Notes under the pieces: generated by a model
Seen by the model: only the letters and a program-made list of their open reading frames with translations
Databases searched by the model: none
What the model was told of the DNA's origin: nothing
Assembly: GCF_006345805.1 (NCBI RefSeq)
Contig: NC_043003.1
Location: 89,962,001 to 90,026,000, forward strand
Direction: 5' to 3'
Source of the DNA: Octopus sinensis
Taxonomy: Eukaryota
Length of the DNA: 64,000 nt
Translations under genes and position numbers: made by a program
Shown here: one piece after another, positions 1-13,731 of the stretch
Layout: each line of letters opens with the position of its first letter
How positions within the stretch are numbered: the stretch's first letter is position 1

Positions 1-668
1 GTTATGTGTATGTCTAATAGAAACATACATACATACGTTGTGTGTGTGTGTATGCTTATGATCATCTTTTTAATGCCTATGTTTCTTTGCTTGCATGGAT
101 TAGGTGATATTTGTTGAGACAGATTTTCTATAGCCAGTTGCTCTTCTTTTCACCAACTGTCACTGTTACTAAGGCAATATTTCCCTCGTCTTTTGAGCAT
201 AGACACTATAGTGGCTAGATGTGTTCCCACAAAAGATTGCAAACAAATGACACAGTTTGTAGAATGGTGACTTTTGTTTACAATTAGTGCTCAATGTCAA
301 GAGAGAAAGAGAATTGGAGAGACAGAGAGAGTAACACACACACGCACACAAACTCACACATACCACAAGCTTCTTTCAGTCTGTCTACCAAATTCAGTTA
401 CAATGTTTTGGTCAGCTTAGGAATGTAGTAGAAGATACTTGCTTAAGGTGCAATACATACCGTATTTTCCGGCATATAATTTTTCAGACCATAATTTATA
501 ATAAAAAAAGGTAGATTGACTTAGTCACCCAAGGCGACTTTGGAGGACTGAAACTCCCATATAAAATGCAGCAGGATTTGGGAAGATAGTGACAATGTTT
601 GAATGCTTACACTACATGTTTACATTGTATATTTTGTTGACCCGTATACCAGAAAATACAGACAGCGC

Positions 669-700
<32 letters not shown>

Positions 701-1077
701 GTACATATTGGCATGTATGTATGTACATACTAGGCATATTTCTATTGATTTGGAAGAAGGTTGCTGACTATATGTTTCAGATAAATTATTCTGTAAGTAG
801 CATCCACATTTCATATGTTTTGTATACTCAACACAATTTTTCAATGATAACTAATCTTATCCAATGTTCTTCCCTCTCACTTCAAATAAAAGCATTTCTT
901 CTGATGACATTTTGGCAGTTGTCATCAATCACTGCTTTCTTCTCCTGCTTTATCTTCAAATTATATATAAAACTCTATCTCTCTCTCTCTCTCATCCAAA
1001 TATATAAAAATATTGCCAATATTTACAGTGTTAAGTGGAAGTAACCTCTTTCCTCCTCCTCATCATTTTAATGTTAA

Positions 1078-3254
1078 CTCCTTCCCCAGCAAAGGGTTAA
1101 CATTTTTTGAGGAAAACATTTCATTTTCAGATGAACTTTTTTATTGCTTTTTTTATTATTTTAATGCTGATTATGGAAATAATTTTTGTTTTTATCTATT
1201 TCCAATATTTTACTTGAAATTTTATTTTGAAGATACCATTTTAGGCAAAATTCCAATATTTTTTTTTATTTATCGCTTTCTTTTTCCAACTTTATCATCA
1301 AAAGTAAAGGGGAATTACACGTTTATTTTACTCGCTTTTTTTTTTAGCATGTCTTCTCAAAAATCTTTTTTTTTTAATATATATTTTTTTTCAATTTTCA
1401 CAACTGAAAGTAAATGTAAATAAAATACTGTACTCATTTTATCTTTTATTTTACCTCATCTTCCCATACATCTTACTTTCTCTGGCATTTTATGAATGAT
1501 TATTTGGTATGGTATTTTTCAAAGCATGGTGGTGCACATTAAGGTACATTACAGAGTTTACACATATATTGTGACTCTTTCCTGACTGGTTTCCCTCTAT
1601 GGTCACATTTCAGACAACACATGGCACATTTTCTTGTTGAATTTATCTTCTTTTCTGTTGTTCGGATTTCCATTGGAAAATGTCCTGGTGTAAAGCACGA
1701 ACATCCTGGTGAAGTCGAAGGTCTCCCTACTATTTTAGTAGATTGTAAATCTGCCCCATATTTTGTGATGATATCTTGTATAATCAGTATACAAAATTTC
1801 AGATGTGGGAGGGCTGCTTTTCCTGCCTCAGTGACTGCTACATTGTACACTAAGAATTCCATACTGCAAGATCCATCAAATGGAAGAAGACTTTCTTGTA
1901 ATATTTCTTACTCCATTTCCTTGTGATGAGATAATCTACTAGTTATTGGTCCACCTTGTCAACTCCATCCATTGTAAAATTGTAATCATATACAACTGCT
2001 GGTTTCTTCACAGGCCCTTGTCTTGTCTCAACACCCTTCATAGCAGATTTGTGAATGGTTGAAATACTGTAACTTCCCCTTTTTTCAATTTTGCCCTTTT
2101 CAGCTGTTCAGGCACTTGCTTTCTATTCAAATGAGAGTTCCATAAATATCAGTGTAGCGACTAACCAGAGTATCAGCTAATTGCAAACTAGTGTAAAAAT
2201 TATCCACAGTAACACAGTAACATTTACAAAGTAAAGGCTTCAGCAGAGACAGCACAACATGAGAACTCCTGGGATATTCCCTATATTCTGAATCAAACTG
2301 TATTCCTTTGCCAACATAAATGATTACTCTAAACACATATCCAGTCTTTGCTTCACACACACAAAAAAAAAACCTTAACTCCTTTTTAGAGGTATGTACT
2401 GCACCTATCCTAAACTTCCCTTGACTAGCATAAGGCTTTCATCTATAGATAAATGTTAGGGGTATAACACTTTATAAAGTTCTCTCTAAACATCATAAAC
2501 ACATCATAAACTTTATACAATTTTGAGTTGGGATGTGTTTCTGCATCAAAAGTTTAATTATTCACAAAATGAAGAAGATACTGTTTTATCTTATTATGAC
2601 ATTTCAAACTGATCAGCTCCTGAAAAATTGGTCTTTGAAGTAGTTCATCTTTCAACCAGTTAATTTCTTGATCTGGCATTTTCACAACACCCCCAAGTAT
2701 TTTCAAGGTGAAACACACACAAATTTCTGCTTTTGTTACAGGGCACCACATACAATCTCTTTCTCCACTTATTCAGCAGAGCGATTAGTTTTGTCCACAA
2801 CTCAACCAATAATTCTGTTGTCACAAAAAAGACAAAAAAGAATCCAAAGGAGTCATATCAGCTGTGTCTTGATTAATTGATATTCCAGGATTTTCAGTGA
2901 CTAAGAAGCATGATGGTGGAGGAAGCATGCTGTCTTCTGACACCACATCAACACCAAATTTGTCCATCCTCCTCCTTCTCCCTTGAGAGAGAATAGCCAT
3001 TATCAGACAAGCTTGCACTCTCATCTCATGTATCCAAGCTTCTAATAGAAGGTTCATACTCATTGTCATCTTCTGAGCTCAACATCTAAGCATAATTTGT
3101 ATTTAAACAAAAAAAAAAAAAAAAATGAGAATTGATGTATAAACTCATTTGTGACTGTTTTTGAAATGATATGTTTTGGATGAGTTTACTCATTGCACTC
3201 TGTAAAAGACAAATTGGGTGAAGACAGGTGAACTCATCTTTGCCAGGTGAGGGC
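1078..3254 (-). mobile_element. Decayed piggyBac transposon
   Basis: Minus-strand fragments CEAKTGYV...VTVDNFYTS...GTL (DDD core) and a C-terminal Cys-rich domain CAMC...RKESQYMCKLCNVP. Degenerate ~17-bp TIRs (ctccttccccagcaaag / ctttgccaggtgagggc), flanked by TTAA (1074-1077) and TTGA (3255-3258). Many stops and frameshifts. Confidence 0.85.
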
Positions 3255-5087
3255 TTGAGGCAGATTTTCTATAGACTGATACTCCAACTGGACATGTTTT
3301 CATGTAAGATTGAAAATGGACACCGCTTGTATAATGATGTCACTCCCTCACAACTATCATATGATGTCAAAACAAAGAGACAATAATACATGTATACACA
3401 CACTTATACACAAATACACTTTCATATATATGTATACATATATATATATATATATGACAGATAACTTTCAGTTTCTGTCTAGCGAAGTCACTCACAAGTG
3501 GTCAGCTAGGACTATAGTAGAAAACATTTGGCAAAGGTGGCATGCAGTGGGACTGAACCCAAAACCACGCAGCTGAGATTCAGACAAAAATATTTCTAAA
3601 TTTCCTACTTCCACAGTTTTCTCTATTCTCAGCAAACACAAGAATATGTTGTTGAAAGCCAAGACTCCCTCTGTCAAATCCAGCTACATTGATGCCTAAA
3701 TTGAGGATACTATTATCCATTCCCATTTTCCCTGCCAATGGGCACCAACATGGTCATGAAATTAAGAAGTTTGCATTGCAGCTACATCATTTCGGATTCA
3801 ATAACACTGCATGTCACCTAGCACAAGTGTCTTATATACTAGCATCAGGTCAATCAAACCCTTGTGAGTAAAGTTTGGTGGATAGAAACTGCATGACTGT
3901 CCATTCGGGACACTGTTCCTATTCTTGAATTGTAGACTTAGTTACCCAGTCATTACCATTTGGTTTCTTGAGTATATTTAGTGGAGTTTACTCTGTTGTG
4001 CTCAGGGCCAAGTCTTGTATCTGAGGATAATTTTACCAATTTTGCAGACCCTAATAAGGGATTTATCGACCTGTTCTTCTTTCTTTAATTAAGCTATTTG
4101 AAAGAAAACATTAAAATAATTCCTTTGGTGCCTTACACTGCTTATTTTACTCAATGGTTAAACACAAGCTTTTTCTTAGGAACTTGTATATTGAAAGTAC
4201 TTCTTAAGATGAACAAATTTTAAAAAGAGGAAATGTGGGTACTTCAAGTTTAAATTTTAGGTTGATTCTCCAATGTTTTGTTCACTTTACAGGGATATAA
4301 AATGATGTGTTTACTCACAGTTTTTAAAAGTTACCTATTAATCTATCCATTTGTCATAAACAAGAGTTTTAGCAATATTTAACAATATAAAACTTCCCAA
4401 ACTATACACTTGCTTGGTCTCAGTTTCCATTTATATTTCATGGTAAGTCTATTTCTTCACTCTAACAAATATTGTTTTGAACAACAACTGAAATGAAAGC
4501 CTGTTACCTTCATATTTGGAATGATGCATATGTCTCTGTTGCTAGAATGTCAGATTGAACCCAACCAAAAACCTGTTACATAAGCCTACCATGTATCACC
4601 TCCTCTAATCTATGCTTTACTGTAAACTGAATGTCTTGTGCCTTAAGGGACCCACCAGACCCTTTACAGTCTTTTCCACCCATCATCTCCATCCTGAACT
4701 TGGATGAGATACTTTAACCTGTTCATCTTTCAAGAACTTTCTTAATCTTCTTTTTGCATTCATACTTCTCGCACTTGACTTTCCATGATATATCTTCTTT
4801 AAGTGTGATAACACAGGCTGCTATTTTAAACTAATATTGCTTCAGTTGCACATGAAGAAATTTTATTCAACCAGCCAGCTAATTGCAACCTCAGTAATTT
4901 TTTAATCACTCTCTTTCTATATCAGTGATGGCAGATTTTGCCTTGGCATCAGTTCTTGTTATTCCTTCCCTGCCTTTATCTTATTAAGTACAACATAATA
5001 AAAATTCCAAATACTTTGTATCTGCAAATCAAATATTTGTTTTTTTAATCATTTGCATAAGCCTTTCTGGATCCCATTATTTTTTAG

Positions 5088-5340
5088 TGTTGCTGGTCAG
5101 ACCACATTACTTCGACAACCAAACCAAAGTTCAATCTACCAAGTACCCAGTCATTCAAGCAATGGACCAGTAAACACAAGTTCTTCAACTCTTGGATCCA
5201 ACACTCATTCAGTGTCTCCTCGGCATAGCTCTCAATCTTATATCAATACTTCAATTCCTGAGATGGAAGCTGACCGTACACCCTACCATTTGCGCAGTAT
5301 AGACTTCCGTTCTAGTATGTCACCCACATCATCACAGCCT
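5088..5340 (+). CDS. DLG5: DLG5-like MAGUK, exon a (Ser/Pro-rich linker)
   Basis: tttttAG|T acceptor and CCT|GTAAGT donor; open frame VAGQTTLLRQ...SPTSSQP; ends in phase 0, matching the next exon. Confidence 0.75.
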
Positions 5341-6032
5341 GTAAGTTGATTTCTTCATAAATCTAGTAACTAAGTCAGTCATCTATTTTGATTTCTTCAG
5401 AAAGATTGTAAGCTGCAAATAAACAGAGTCCATTGTGCTAATTGTGAATTTTGGTTCATATCATTTTGATTCACTTAGATTACTAATGATTTTGAACAAA
5501 AAAAGCATAAATATTATCACTTCCTTTTACTCTTCTCTATAAGTCTTGAGGCCTGTTATCTCTGTAGTAAACCATTATTTAGGTATGTAGTAAGCTTTGT
5601 TGGGTAGGTAGCAACAAAGTAAAGTTTGCTTTAGCCTGTTTAAAGATTGCTATGTAAACTGCAGAATCTGTAAAAGCCATGTAACCCATATTAACATCTG
5701 TAACACACATGAAATGTTTGCATGTATAGATGTGTGTGTACAAGTATAGCTAATCTCTGGATGTTGCTAATTGTTTTATCTACTTGGTCAAAGAGAGGGA
5801 GAAAGGCTGTAGTAGTTGTTAGTATACATCAATGTTACAAAAACACAGACTGGACAGTCTAATTTACAAGACTACACTGTCTTCAAGACATACACAGGGT
5901 TTAAATGTCACAAGCAAATGTATATAAAATGGTTGAAGGATGGTGCAGTGATGAGATTCAAAGAAAGTTTTATGTATATATGTTTGTTTTTTTATTATTT
6001 TAACGTTTTTTTTCTTTTTCCTGATCTTTCAG

Positions 6033-6240
6033 AGCACCAATAATAATACTTCATCACACAATGAAGACTTTCCATACAGTCGGCTTCAGCGCTACCCATT
6101 ACATTCTCGTGAGATTCAGGAGTTCAGTGGATGCTCTACATTTCCAAAGCATGGTCATGAACGAATACGTATTCCATCCAATACCAGTGTAGTAACGAAA
6201 TCTTCTGTGGGACGAATTTCTACAAGTTCATTTGAAGTTG
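6033..6240 (+). CDS. DLG5: DLG5-like, exon b (linker)
   Basis: Polypyrimidine tract + ttcAG acceptor, G|GTAAGG donor; STNNN...STFPKHGHERIRIPSNTSVVTKSSVGRISTSSFEV. The RIRIPS motif resembles the DLG5 linker before PDZ3. Phase 0 to 1. Confidence 0.85.
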
Positions 6241-6546
6241 GTAAGGAAATCATAAACTTCTTTCTATTCTGTTTCTTTGAGATTTCTGCTGCAGTACGTC
6301 ATCTTCATCATCATCAACATTGTTTTAACATCCACTTTTCCATGCGTTTCATGAGTCAGGCAGTTTATTGAGACAAATTTTGTATGGTTAGATGTTTTTC
6401 CTATTGCCAACCCTCACCTGTTTCCAAGCAAGGTAATATTTCCCATGGCCAGACATTGCTTCTATGACTGTAATCCTTGTTTACAACCATCATGTCAAGA
6501 CAAGGGTACACTCAAAAATGCATGCACACACACACACATATAAAAC

Positions 6547-6851
6547 TGTTATATCCTTATGCCTCCAATATTGTAGTACGGTCGATATTGTTGACATTAG
6601 ATAAAGAGTACACTGTAACCGTGTTATAAGAATACAAAATGGAAACAGCGGCAGTAACAAACATGTAACAAACCAACAATCAATATTTCTAACACACTAA
6701 CTCAAACTGTAAACTATACTTGGACTTCGAAAACCAAACTAAGAACTGCCAACTACATCAGACTGCTACCATTTTGTATGTAGTGGCCCTGTCTATTCTC
6801 ATCTGCTACCATTTTGTATGTAGTGGCCCTGTCTATTCTCTCGCCACGACA
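6547..6851 (-). repeat. 3' LTR of the Gypsy element
   Basis: Direct repeat of 11025-11314; contains a ~40-bp internal tandem duplication (ctgctaccattttgtatgtagtggccctgtctattctc x2). Confidence 0.9.
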
Positions 6852-9800
6852 TCTCCCTTTTTTTTTTGAGATTTTGAGTTCCGAAGGAATAAAGAAATTT
6901 TATTTATATTATTATTTTTTAGTATCTTTTTCGCTAGGGCCTTATCTCAAGGTGTTCGGTCTGCTTCCATTTTTCTCATGCTTGTTCTATGGGACTCCAC
7001 TACTTTTGGTGCTGGGACATCAGCTACATCAAAAAATACTTCCAAAGGAATTTCTCTCCATTCTTTGGTATGTCTCTTCTCTACCTGATTTATGTGTCTC
7101 CTTTGTTCTCAGTATGGTCCTTTAATTTCATACATCATACTTCCTATTTTTTTGGTTACAAGGCCATCCTCCCAGTCTTCTTTATCATTTTTGTAGGTTT
7201 TAAAATCTCCTACTTTGAAATGGTTCGCATTTCCTTTACATCTTTTTTTTGTCTGGCAATAACTTATCAAAATTGATTTTATTCTTCTCATGAACATCTA
7301 CTCTATGGGTGACTTTCCTGAATTCGTACTTTGGATTTGGGGTTAATCTAATGCTTCATCATTACATAATTCATTTCTAGCTTTTCTTAACACTCTTTTG
7401 AACATGTCCACAAATCTTTCTACCTGCCCATTTGACCTTGGATGGTAGGGTGGAGTGAAAATATGTTTTATCACATGTATTTTACCCCAAGAATTGCATT
7501 CCCTTACCAGAAACTAACATGTCAGGAACACCATACCACGCAAATAATTCATATAGGAACTTTATAGTTGTCTTAGCGGTTGGTTTATTGCATCTGCGTA
7601 CCTCTGGCCACTTTGTACAGCTGTCTACAATGATTTGATAGTAAGCGCCATTCACCAGTCTGGCTTAGTGGATATGTAACCTAGACCATGGGTTCTCAGT
7701 CTCCGGCCATGATTGATATTTTACTGGTGGGGCTTTGGCCACAAGCATGCAACCTTAACATGTTCTCACCAAATTTTCGATATCCTGGTTCATAGTCAGC
7801 CAATAGATGTAGCTCCCCATCAGAGCTTTCATCCTTGAAATTCCTGGGTGTCTGCTGTTGAACTGCTATACATGTTTTTGTAATGTAGTTGGTCCAACAG
7901 CTCTTTGCACATACATCAGAATATCATCGCATATTGAGAAACTACTCAAATTTTCTATTTTTATTCTGCTTATTTTTCTAAAGCTTCTTTCATTTTTGTT
8001 AAATCCTCATAGCCTACAGATTTCATCATTATGTCCTGTGCAGTTACTTGCAGTTCTTGGATAACATTAGTCATAATACATTTTATTTCATTTTCTGCCT
8101 GCAGTGCGGCTATCACAGTATCCTCTAGTGGTTCTGTATTTTGGGGAATTAGTCTCGATAGACAGTCCACATGACCAATTTTTTTTGAAATTGTAATTTA
8201 GTAATATTATACCCCAAAGTTGTAGTCGGTTCATAAACCCTTTATGGGTAGGTAACCCTTTCTTTGCCCCATAAATTGATAACAATGGTTGATGATCTGT
8301 TTGTAACAGAGAATGTCTACCATGTAGAAACCTGTGAAATTTTTTACAACAAAGATAATCAATAGAGCTTCTTTTTCTGTTCGTATTTTTTCTCTACCAT
8401 TGCTATTGAGCACAAAACATGAATCACTGGTTGCATAATTCCATCTTTATACTTGTGTAGCAAAACTGCTCCTATTCCATACTCTGAAGCACCAGATGCT
8501 ACAACGTCTATTTCAGGATCAAATGTGCTAGAGACAAATCTGCGATTAAAATTTTTTTGAATTCTTCACACATATTTCTGCAATTAACTGACCAATTTCA
8601 CTTTACTTCCTTTTTCAATAAGTCATTCAATGGAGCTCCTGATTTGTGATTGTTAGGAATGTAGTTTTGGTAGTAGTTTGCCAGCCCAAGAAACGCTTGT
8701 AATGTTAGTATATTTGTTGGAGCAGGCATATTCTTTATTGCGTCTGCCCTCGACAGTCAGGCAGTATACCATTTTTCTCAATTATTTGCCCTAAGTACCT
8801 AATTTGAGGCAAAAAGAATTCACATTTTTCTTCACTCATAGTGAACACATACTCTTTAATTTTCTTGAACACAGCTTTTATATGCTTCACATGCTGTTCA
8901 CTTCAATTAATCTTGATCTATATATCATCCAAATAAGGGATTGCAAAGTCACAATCAAATAACATAGCGTCCATGATTTGCTGAAATATTACCGGTGCAA
9001 CCTTTAATCCAAAAGGTAACCAGGTATAACTGTACAATCCTCTATGTTTATTTATTATCAGATACTTTGAGCATTTGTCATTTACTTTAATCTGTAAATA
9101 AGCATCAGACAGATGCAATTAGGAGAAAATTTTTCTACCATTTAATTTTGCAAAAATGTCCTCTGGAGTCAGGAGTAGGTGATAGCATGTTTTTAAGCAG
9201 CCATTTAATCCTGTAGAGAAATTGGCACACAACCTAATCTTATATTTTTTTTAATGCACACAGTGGGCGCCACCCACTTTGAGTAATCCACCTTTTTCAT
9301 GATTCCACTCTTTTCCAGTCTGACCAACTCTTCATTTACAATTTCAATTGCCACAAATGGTACTTTTCTGTTAGATTTAAATACAGGCACAGCATTTTCA
9401 TTTCCTTGAAAGCAGGCTTCAGTCTTTTTACATAGACCTGAGTCCTCTAGTAGTACTTGAGGAAACATCTTTTTCAATTTTCTCCTCAATTCCTCAGATG
9501 ATTTATTTTTAACAAGACAACCATTTATGTTTTTGCCATAGATACTTAGGAGGAGGTGTTATAAGTCAAATAACTCCAGCCAATCTGTACCACACAGATT
9601 GATTGTTTTCTCCACAATGAATATTTTTGCTTCGCATGTTTCTCTTTGGAATGTGACATCTGTACACATTTCACCCATGAAATGTAATTTATCACACATC
9701 ATGCCATGCACAATTTTCTCTGTTTTACATAAATTCAGTTTCCTGATTTTCCTCCATGTATCCTAATTTATGATTGAAATATCACTACCTGTATCCAACT

Positions 9801-10777
9801 ATAGTTTAATATTTATCCCGTTTATTTTTATGTGTATAAATTTTCTTGTTTATGTGTTGTAATCACTTTCTGCTGAAAACACCTTAGAAATCTTTGCATT
9901 CAACCCTCATAATCTTGTCCTGCAGTGTGAGCTCTTGTGACCAAGTTTCTGACAACTGTAGCATCTTTGGTTTTTAAACAGACACTCTTTTCTGAAGTGT
10001 AGGCCTCTACATCTATAACATGGATTGGGGCCTGACACTCTTTTTGTTTGTACTTCCTGGGTCAACACATCTTGAATTTTTTTCATGTTGTGCCTCAGTT
10101 TTACCATTGTTTAACATTCTTCTGCAATAGTCTGTAGAGTTAAGTCTTGATTCGCTTGCTCCATTTTGAGAGAATCCTTGCCCAAATTTCTCTATCTTCA
10201 GTTGCCGTAAGGCCTTGTACGAAGATAAAGGATTTAAACATACCCTGAGTGAGTTCATGAAGTTTAAAGTTTACACACATACGGTTGACTACTCCAGCAT
10301 ATGTAATAAAGTCGTCATCATCATTTTTTGTTAAGTTCCAACACTCCATTCAAGTGTTAAATAACAAAGTTTTGTCACAAAAGATATTTGATAGTAATTC
10401 AATAGTTTCTTAGAAATCAATCTCACTCAACTTTTTGGGCAATATAAAGTTAAAGTAGTATTTATGCTCACCCAGAGCTATCTTGCATATTAATAGCCTC
10501 ACTTTCTCCTCATCCAGCCATGACTTGCAATCTTTGTTAAAAGTGTTTTCCTGCCTTCTATAGTACACAGGAAATGTAACACCCTCCTCCAGATTATAAG
10601 TGAATTCTGAAATCGAGTTTGCCACGCCATCTGGTATAAATAAACTCACTGAATTTTTGGACTTCCTTAACTGTAACTCAATTAACTGTTGTTGTTGTAA
10701 TATTTCCTTCTGCAACTCCTGTAGTTGTTCCTGTTGCTTCTCTTGAAGCTGTATTACTGTAGCTAATAGGTTCTCCA

Positions 10778-10975
10778 TCATTATCATCATCATCATCGTT
10801 TAATATCCGTTTTCCATGCTGGCATGGGTTGGACGTTTTGACTGGGGCTGGCAAGCCAGGAGGCCACACCAGGCTCCAATCTGTTCTGGCAATGTTTCTG
10901 CAGCTGGATGTCCTTCCTAACACCAACCACTCTGAGAGTATAGTGGGTGCTTTTTACGTGCCACCGGCACAGGCA
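10778..10975 (-). mobile_element. RTE-type 3'-end fragment with (GAT)n tail, inserted at the Gypsy gag start
   Basis: Reverse complement of the GGAAGGGCATCCAGCTGTAGAAAC...GCATGGAAAACGGAC-(GAT)n end seen at 40730-40875. Confidence 0.8.
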
Positions 10976-11024
10976 CAAATGATCAAATAATCAATGTAAG
11001 CTTTGAAAAATCCTTGTCACTAGA

Positions 11025-11314
11025 TGTTATATCCTTACACCTCCAATATCGTAGTATGGTTGATATTGTCAGTGTTAGATAAATAATACCTTGTAACAGC
11101 ATTATAAGAACACAAAATTGAAACAGCAGCAGTAACAAACCAACGATCTTTTACGAACCAATCATCAATATTTCCAACACAATAACTCGAACTGTAAACT
11201 GTACTTGAACTTCGAAAACCAAACTACGAACTGCTGACTACATCAGACTGCTGCTATTTATCTGTAGTGGTCCGGTCTCTTCTCATCAGAGGGTGTCGTA
11301 CTTTCGCCACAACA
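11025..11314 (-). repeat. 5' LTR of the Gypsy element
   Basis: Runs TGTTATATCCTTA...TCGCCACAACA and is similar to 6547-6851. Confidence 0.9.
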
Positions 11315-11741
11315 AAAAAGAGGTCACAGGATGTATTTATGAACGATTTCAGACAAAGAACACTAAACTGATAATAATAAAACTGAAGTGAAGAGCAAGT
11401 ATATAGTATATATGGTTAATTGGCATAAAAAAAATGACCATCCCCAAATATAACAATACACACATACACACACCACATACACAATGGGCTTCTTTCAGTT
11501 TCCATATAGCAGATCCACTCACAAGCCTTAGGTTGGCCTGAGACTATAGAAGACACTTGCCCAAGGTACTACTTTGTAAATCTGAACCCCAGTCAGATTT
11601 CATTGTTGGCTGCTTAGTTATAGAAAATGATATTGCATGATGAATCTTCCACTCCCATATTTTATAACCCCACCCATACACACATCCTATCTCTGCATTT
11701 AATTATTTATTAATCACACATCAAATTTGTTAATATTTGAT

Positions 11742-11955
11742 TTAACCCCTGTTTAAATACACTGCTTTTGTTTCAATTAATCTTGAAAATAAAGACTTCA
11801 GCAAAAAAAAAAAAAAAAAAAATCATTATTAAGCTTGTGTTCAAAATATAAATTCACATGAAATTTTGATGGAAGGTTTTAGTTAAGATCTATAAAACAG
11901 GAAGTTTGTATCAGAACCTGATCATTTTCAGGTGAGTTAGTACCACAAGGGTTAA
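11742..11955. mobile_element. TTAA-flanked MITE (piggyBac-type); related partial copies near 26515-26735, 28645-28765, 32690-32903, 44505-44730 and 61650-61910
   Basis: TTAACCC...GGGTTAA ends. Shared internal text (tttcaattaattttgaaaat...gaaattttgatggaaggtttt...gtatca.agaacc) recurs in both orientations. Confidence 0.7.
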
Positions 11956-12059
11956 CAATATTATTATTTATTTAGTGAATTGTGTTGAATTTAGATAATT
12001 TAGTGTTTTATTATTATGTAATATCGCCTAATTAACTCTATGTTAAATTATTCTTGCAG

Positions 12060-12174
12060 TATCAGAACGCAGCAGTCCAATGTCACCTGTGATGTTTCCT
12101 TTGGAACGGAGTTCCACACCTTCTCTAGTGCCACCTTTATCTAATTTTTGGGTCCATTCGAAACAAGGAAGGAA
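12060..12174 (+). CDS. DLG5: DLG5-like, exon c
   Basis: ttgcAG acceptor, AA|GTAAGG donor; (V)SERSSPMSPVMFPLERSSTPSLVPPLSNFWVHSKQGR(K). Phase 1 to 2 fits both neighbours. Confidence 0.8.
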
Positions 12175-12882
12175 GTAAGGAAATGTTTTTAATCACCTCA
12201 TCAAAGGAAGAATAATATATTAATATTATCTTTCTTTTTTTCTTTGCTAGTTAACCTGGGCACAAACATTAAATATTTGTTCATATTTGTATATGCTGTT
12301 TGGATGTGAGTAATTCCTGTGCAGTACTTCATGTCATCATTGTTTTAACATCTGCTTTTCCATGCTTGTGTAGTATTAGCAGTATTCATTGATACAGATA
12401 TTCTATGGCTAGACATGTTTACACAGAAGATTAGAAGCAAGGGACATCAATTATATGACAGTGTCATTCATTTACAATTTTTATGTAATGTCAAGACAGG
12501 GAAATACATGCAAAGATACTGTCTCATGAATGTGCATGTGCACACACCTACTACTTATTTGTACTTGTGGTGACATTCACCTGGCGTTGATTGCGCCAGC
12601 TCCAACCAATAAGTTGCTTGGAGTTTTAGTGGAAATACAAGTTCATATGTCGTCCCGGTCACATGCATATATACTTTGAGATAGTGTGATCTGTAGCAGC
12701 CTGTCTTGCCATCAATTGCCGACTATCACAGAGGACTCAATGACCAATTATCAGAGCAAACAACACCTGGGTTTAAAGCAAGTTCTAGAGACAAGCTTTA
12801 ATAAAACTTCACTCCCAGTGATCTTCCAGCATTCCAGACACCAGTGTAGAACTTCTGAGTGCCCATGCTATTGCCAGATAGT

Positions 12883-13731
12883 TAAATCAAATCAAATCAA
12901 ATCAAAATAGATGAACATCAATGGAATTTGTATCTTTGTGGTACCAGTGCCGGTGGCACACAAGAAAACCATCCGAACGTGGCCATAGCCAGTACCGCAT
13001 CGACTGGCCTCCGTGCTGTGGGCACGCAACAAACACCATCCGATCGTGGCCGTTCGCCAGCCTCATCTGGCACCTGTGTCGGTGGCACATAAAAACACCA
13101 TCCGAAGACCCGGCAAGACTAGTCAGGCCATAACCCGTGGCCCCTACCTGGGACGTAGTCAGTCCACCTGTGCATACCTTCCTTCTTGTGACACTTGTGA
13201 AGACCTGTTGAGGCAAGTGAAAATCAAATCAAATCAAAACAAATCAAAATAGATGAACATCAATGGAATTTGTATCTTTGTGGTACCAGTGCCGGTGGCA
13301 CACAAGAAAACCATCCGAACGTGGCCGTAGCCAGTACCGCATAGACTGGCCTCCGTGCTTTGGGGACGTAACAAACACCATCCGATCGTGGCCGTCCGCC
13401 AGCCTCATCTGGCACCTGTGTCGGTGGCACATAAAAACACCATCCGAGCGTGGCCGTCTGCCAGCCTCGTCTGGCACCTGTGTCGGTGGCACATAAAAAC
13501 ACCATCCGAGCGTGGCCGTTCGCCAGCCTCGTCTGGCACCTGTGTCGGTGGCACATAAAATCACCCACTACACTCTCGGAGTGGTTGGCGTTAGGAAGGG
13601 CATCCAGCTGTAGAAACACTGCCAGATCTGACTGGCCTGGTGCAGCCTTCGGGCTCCCCAGACCCCAGTTGAACCGTCCAACCCATGCTAGCATGGAAAA
13701 CGGACGCTAAATGATGATGATGATGATGATT
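12883..13731 (+). mobile_element. Young RTE-type 3' UTR fragment with an internal ~340-bp duplication and 61-bp tandem units
   Basis: An (AAATC)n-led block is repeated at ~12885 and ~13222; near-identical 61-bp units (accatccgagcgtggccg...gtgtcggtggcacataaaaac); ends in the common 3' motif plus (GAT)n. Confidence 0.8.

Larger units (their letters stand above)
6547..11314 (-). mobile_element. Decayed Ty3/Gypsy LTR retrotransposon (Mag-like) with both LTRs
   Basis: Similar TG...CA LTRs at 6547-6851 and 11025-11314. PPT (reverse complement of tctcccttttt) abuts 6852; a degenerate PBS (TAGTGACAAGGA, cf. TGGCGACGAGGA) abuts 11024. Gag has twin CCHC knuckles (9907-10107), then protease LDTGSD (~9790), RT LPFG...YLDD (8918-9118), and RNase H/integrase remnants. 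Approximate TSD aaaac/aaaaa. Confidence 0.92.

Noticed and set aside
10410-10796. ORF starting MMMMIMMENLL as a host gene
   Set aside because: It is the Gypsy gag N-terminus; the poly-Met comes from the (GAT)n tail of an inserted repeat.
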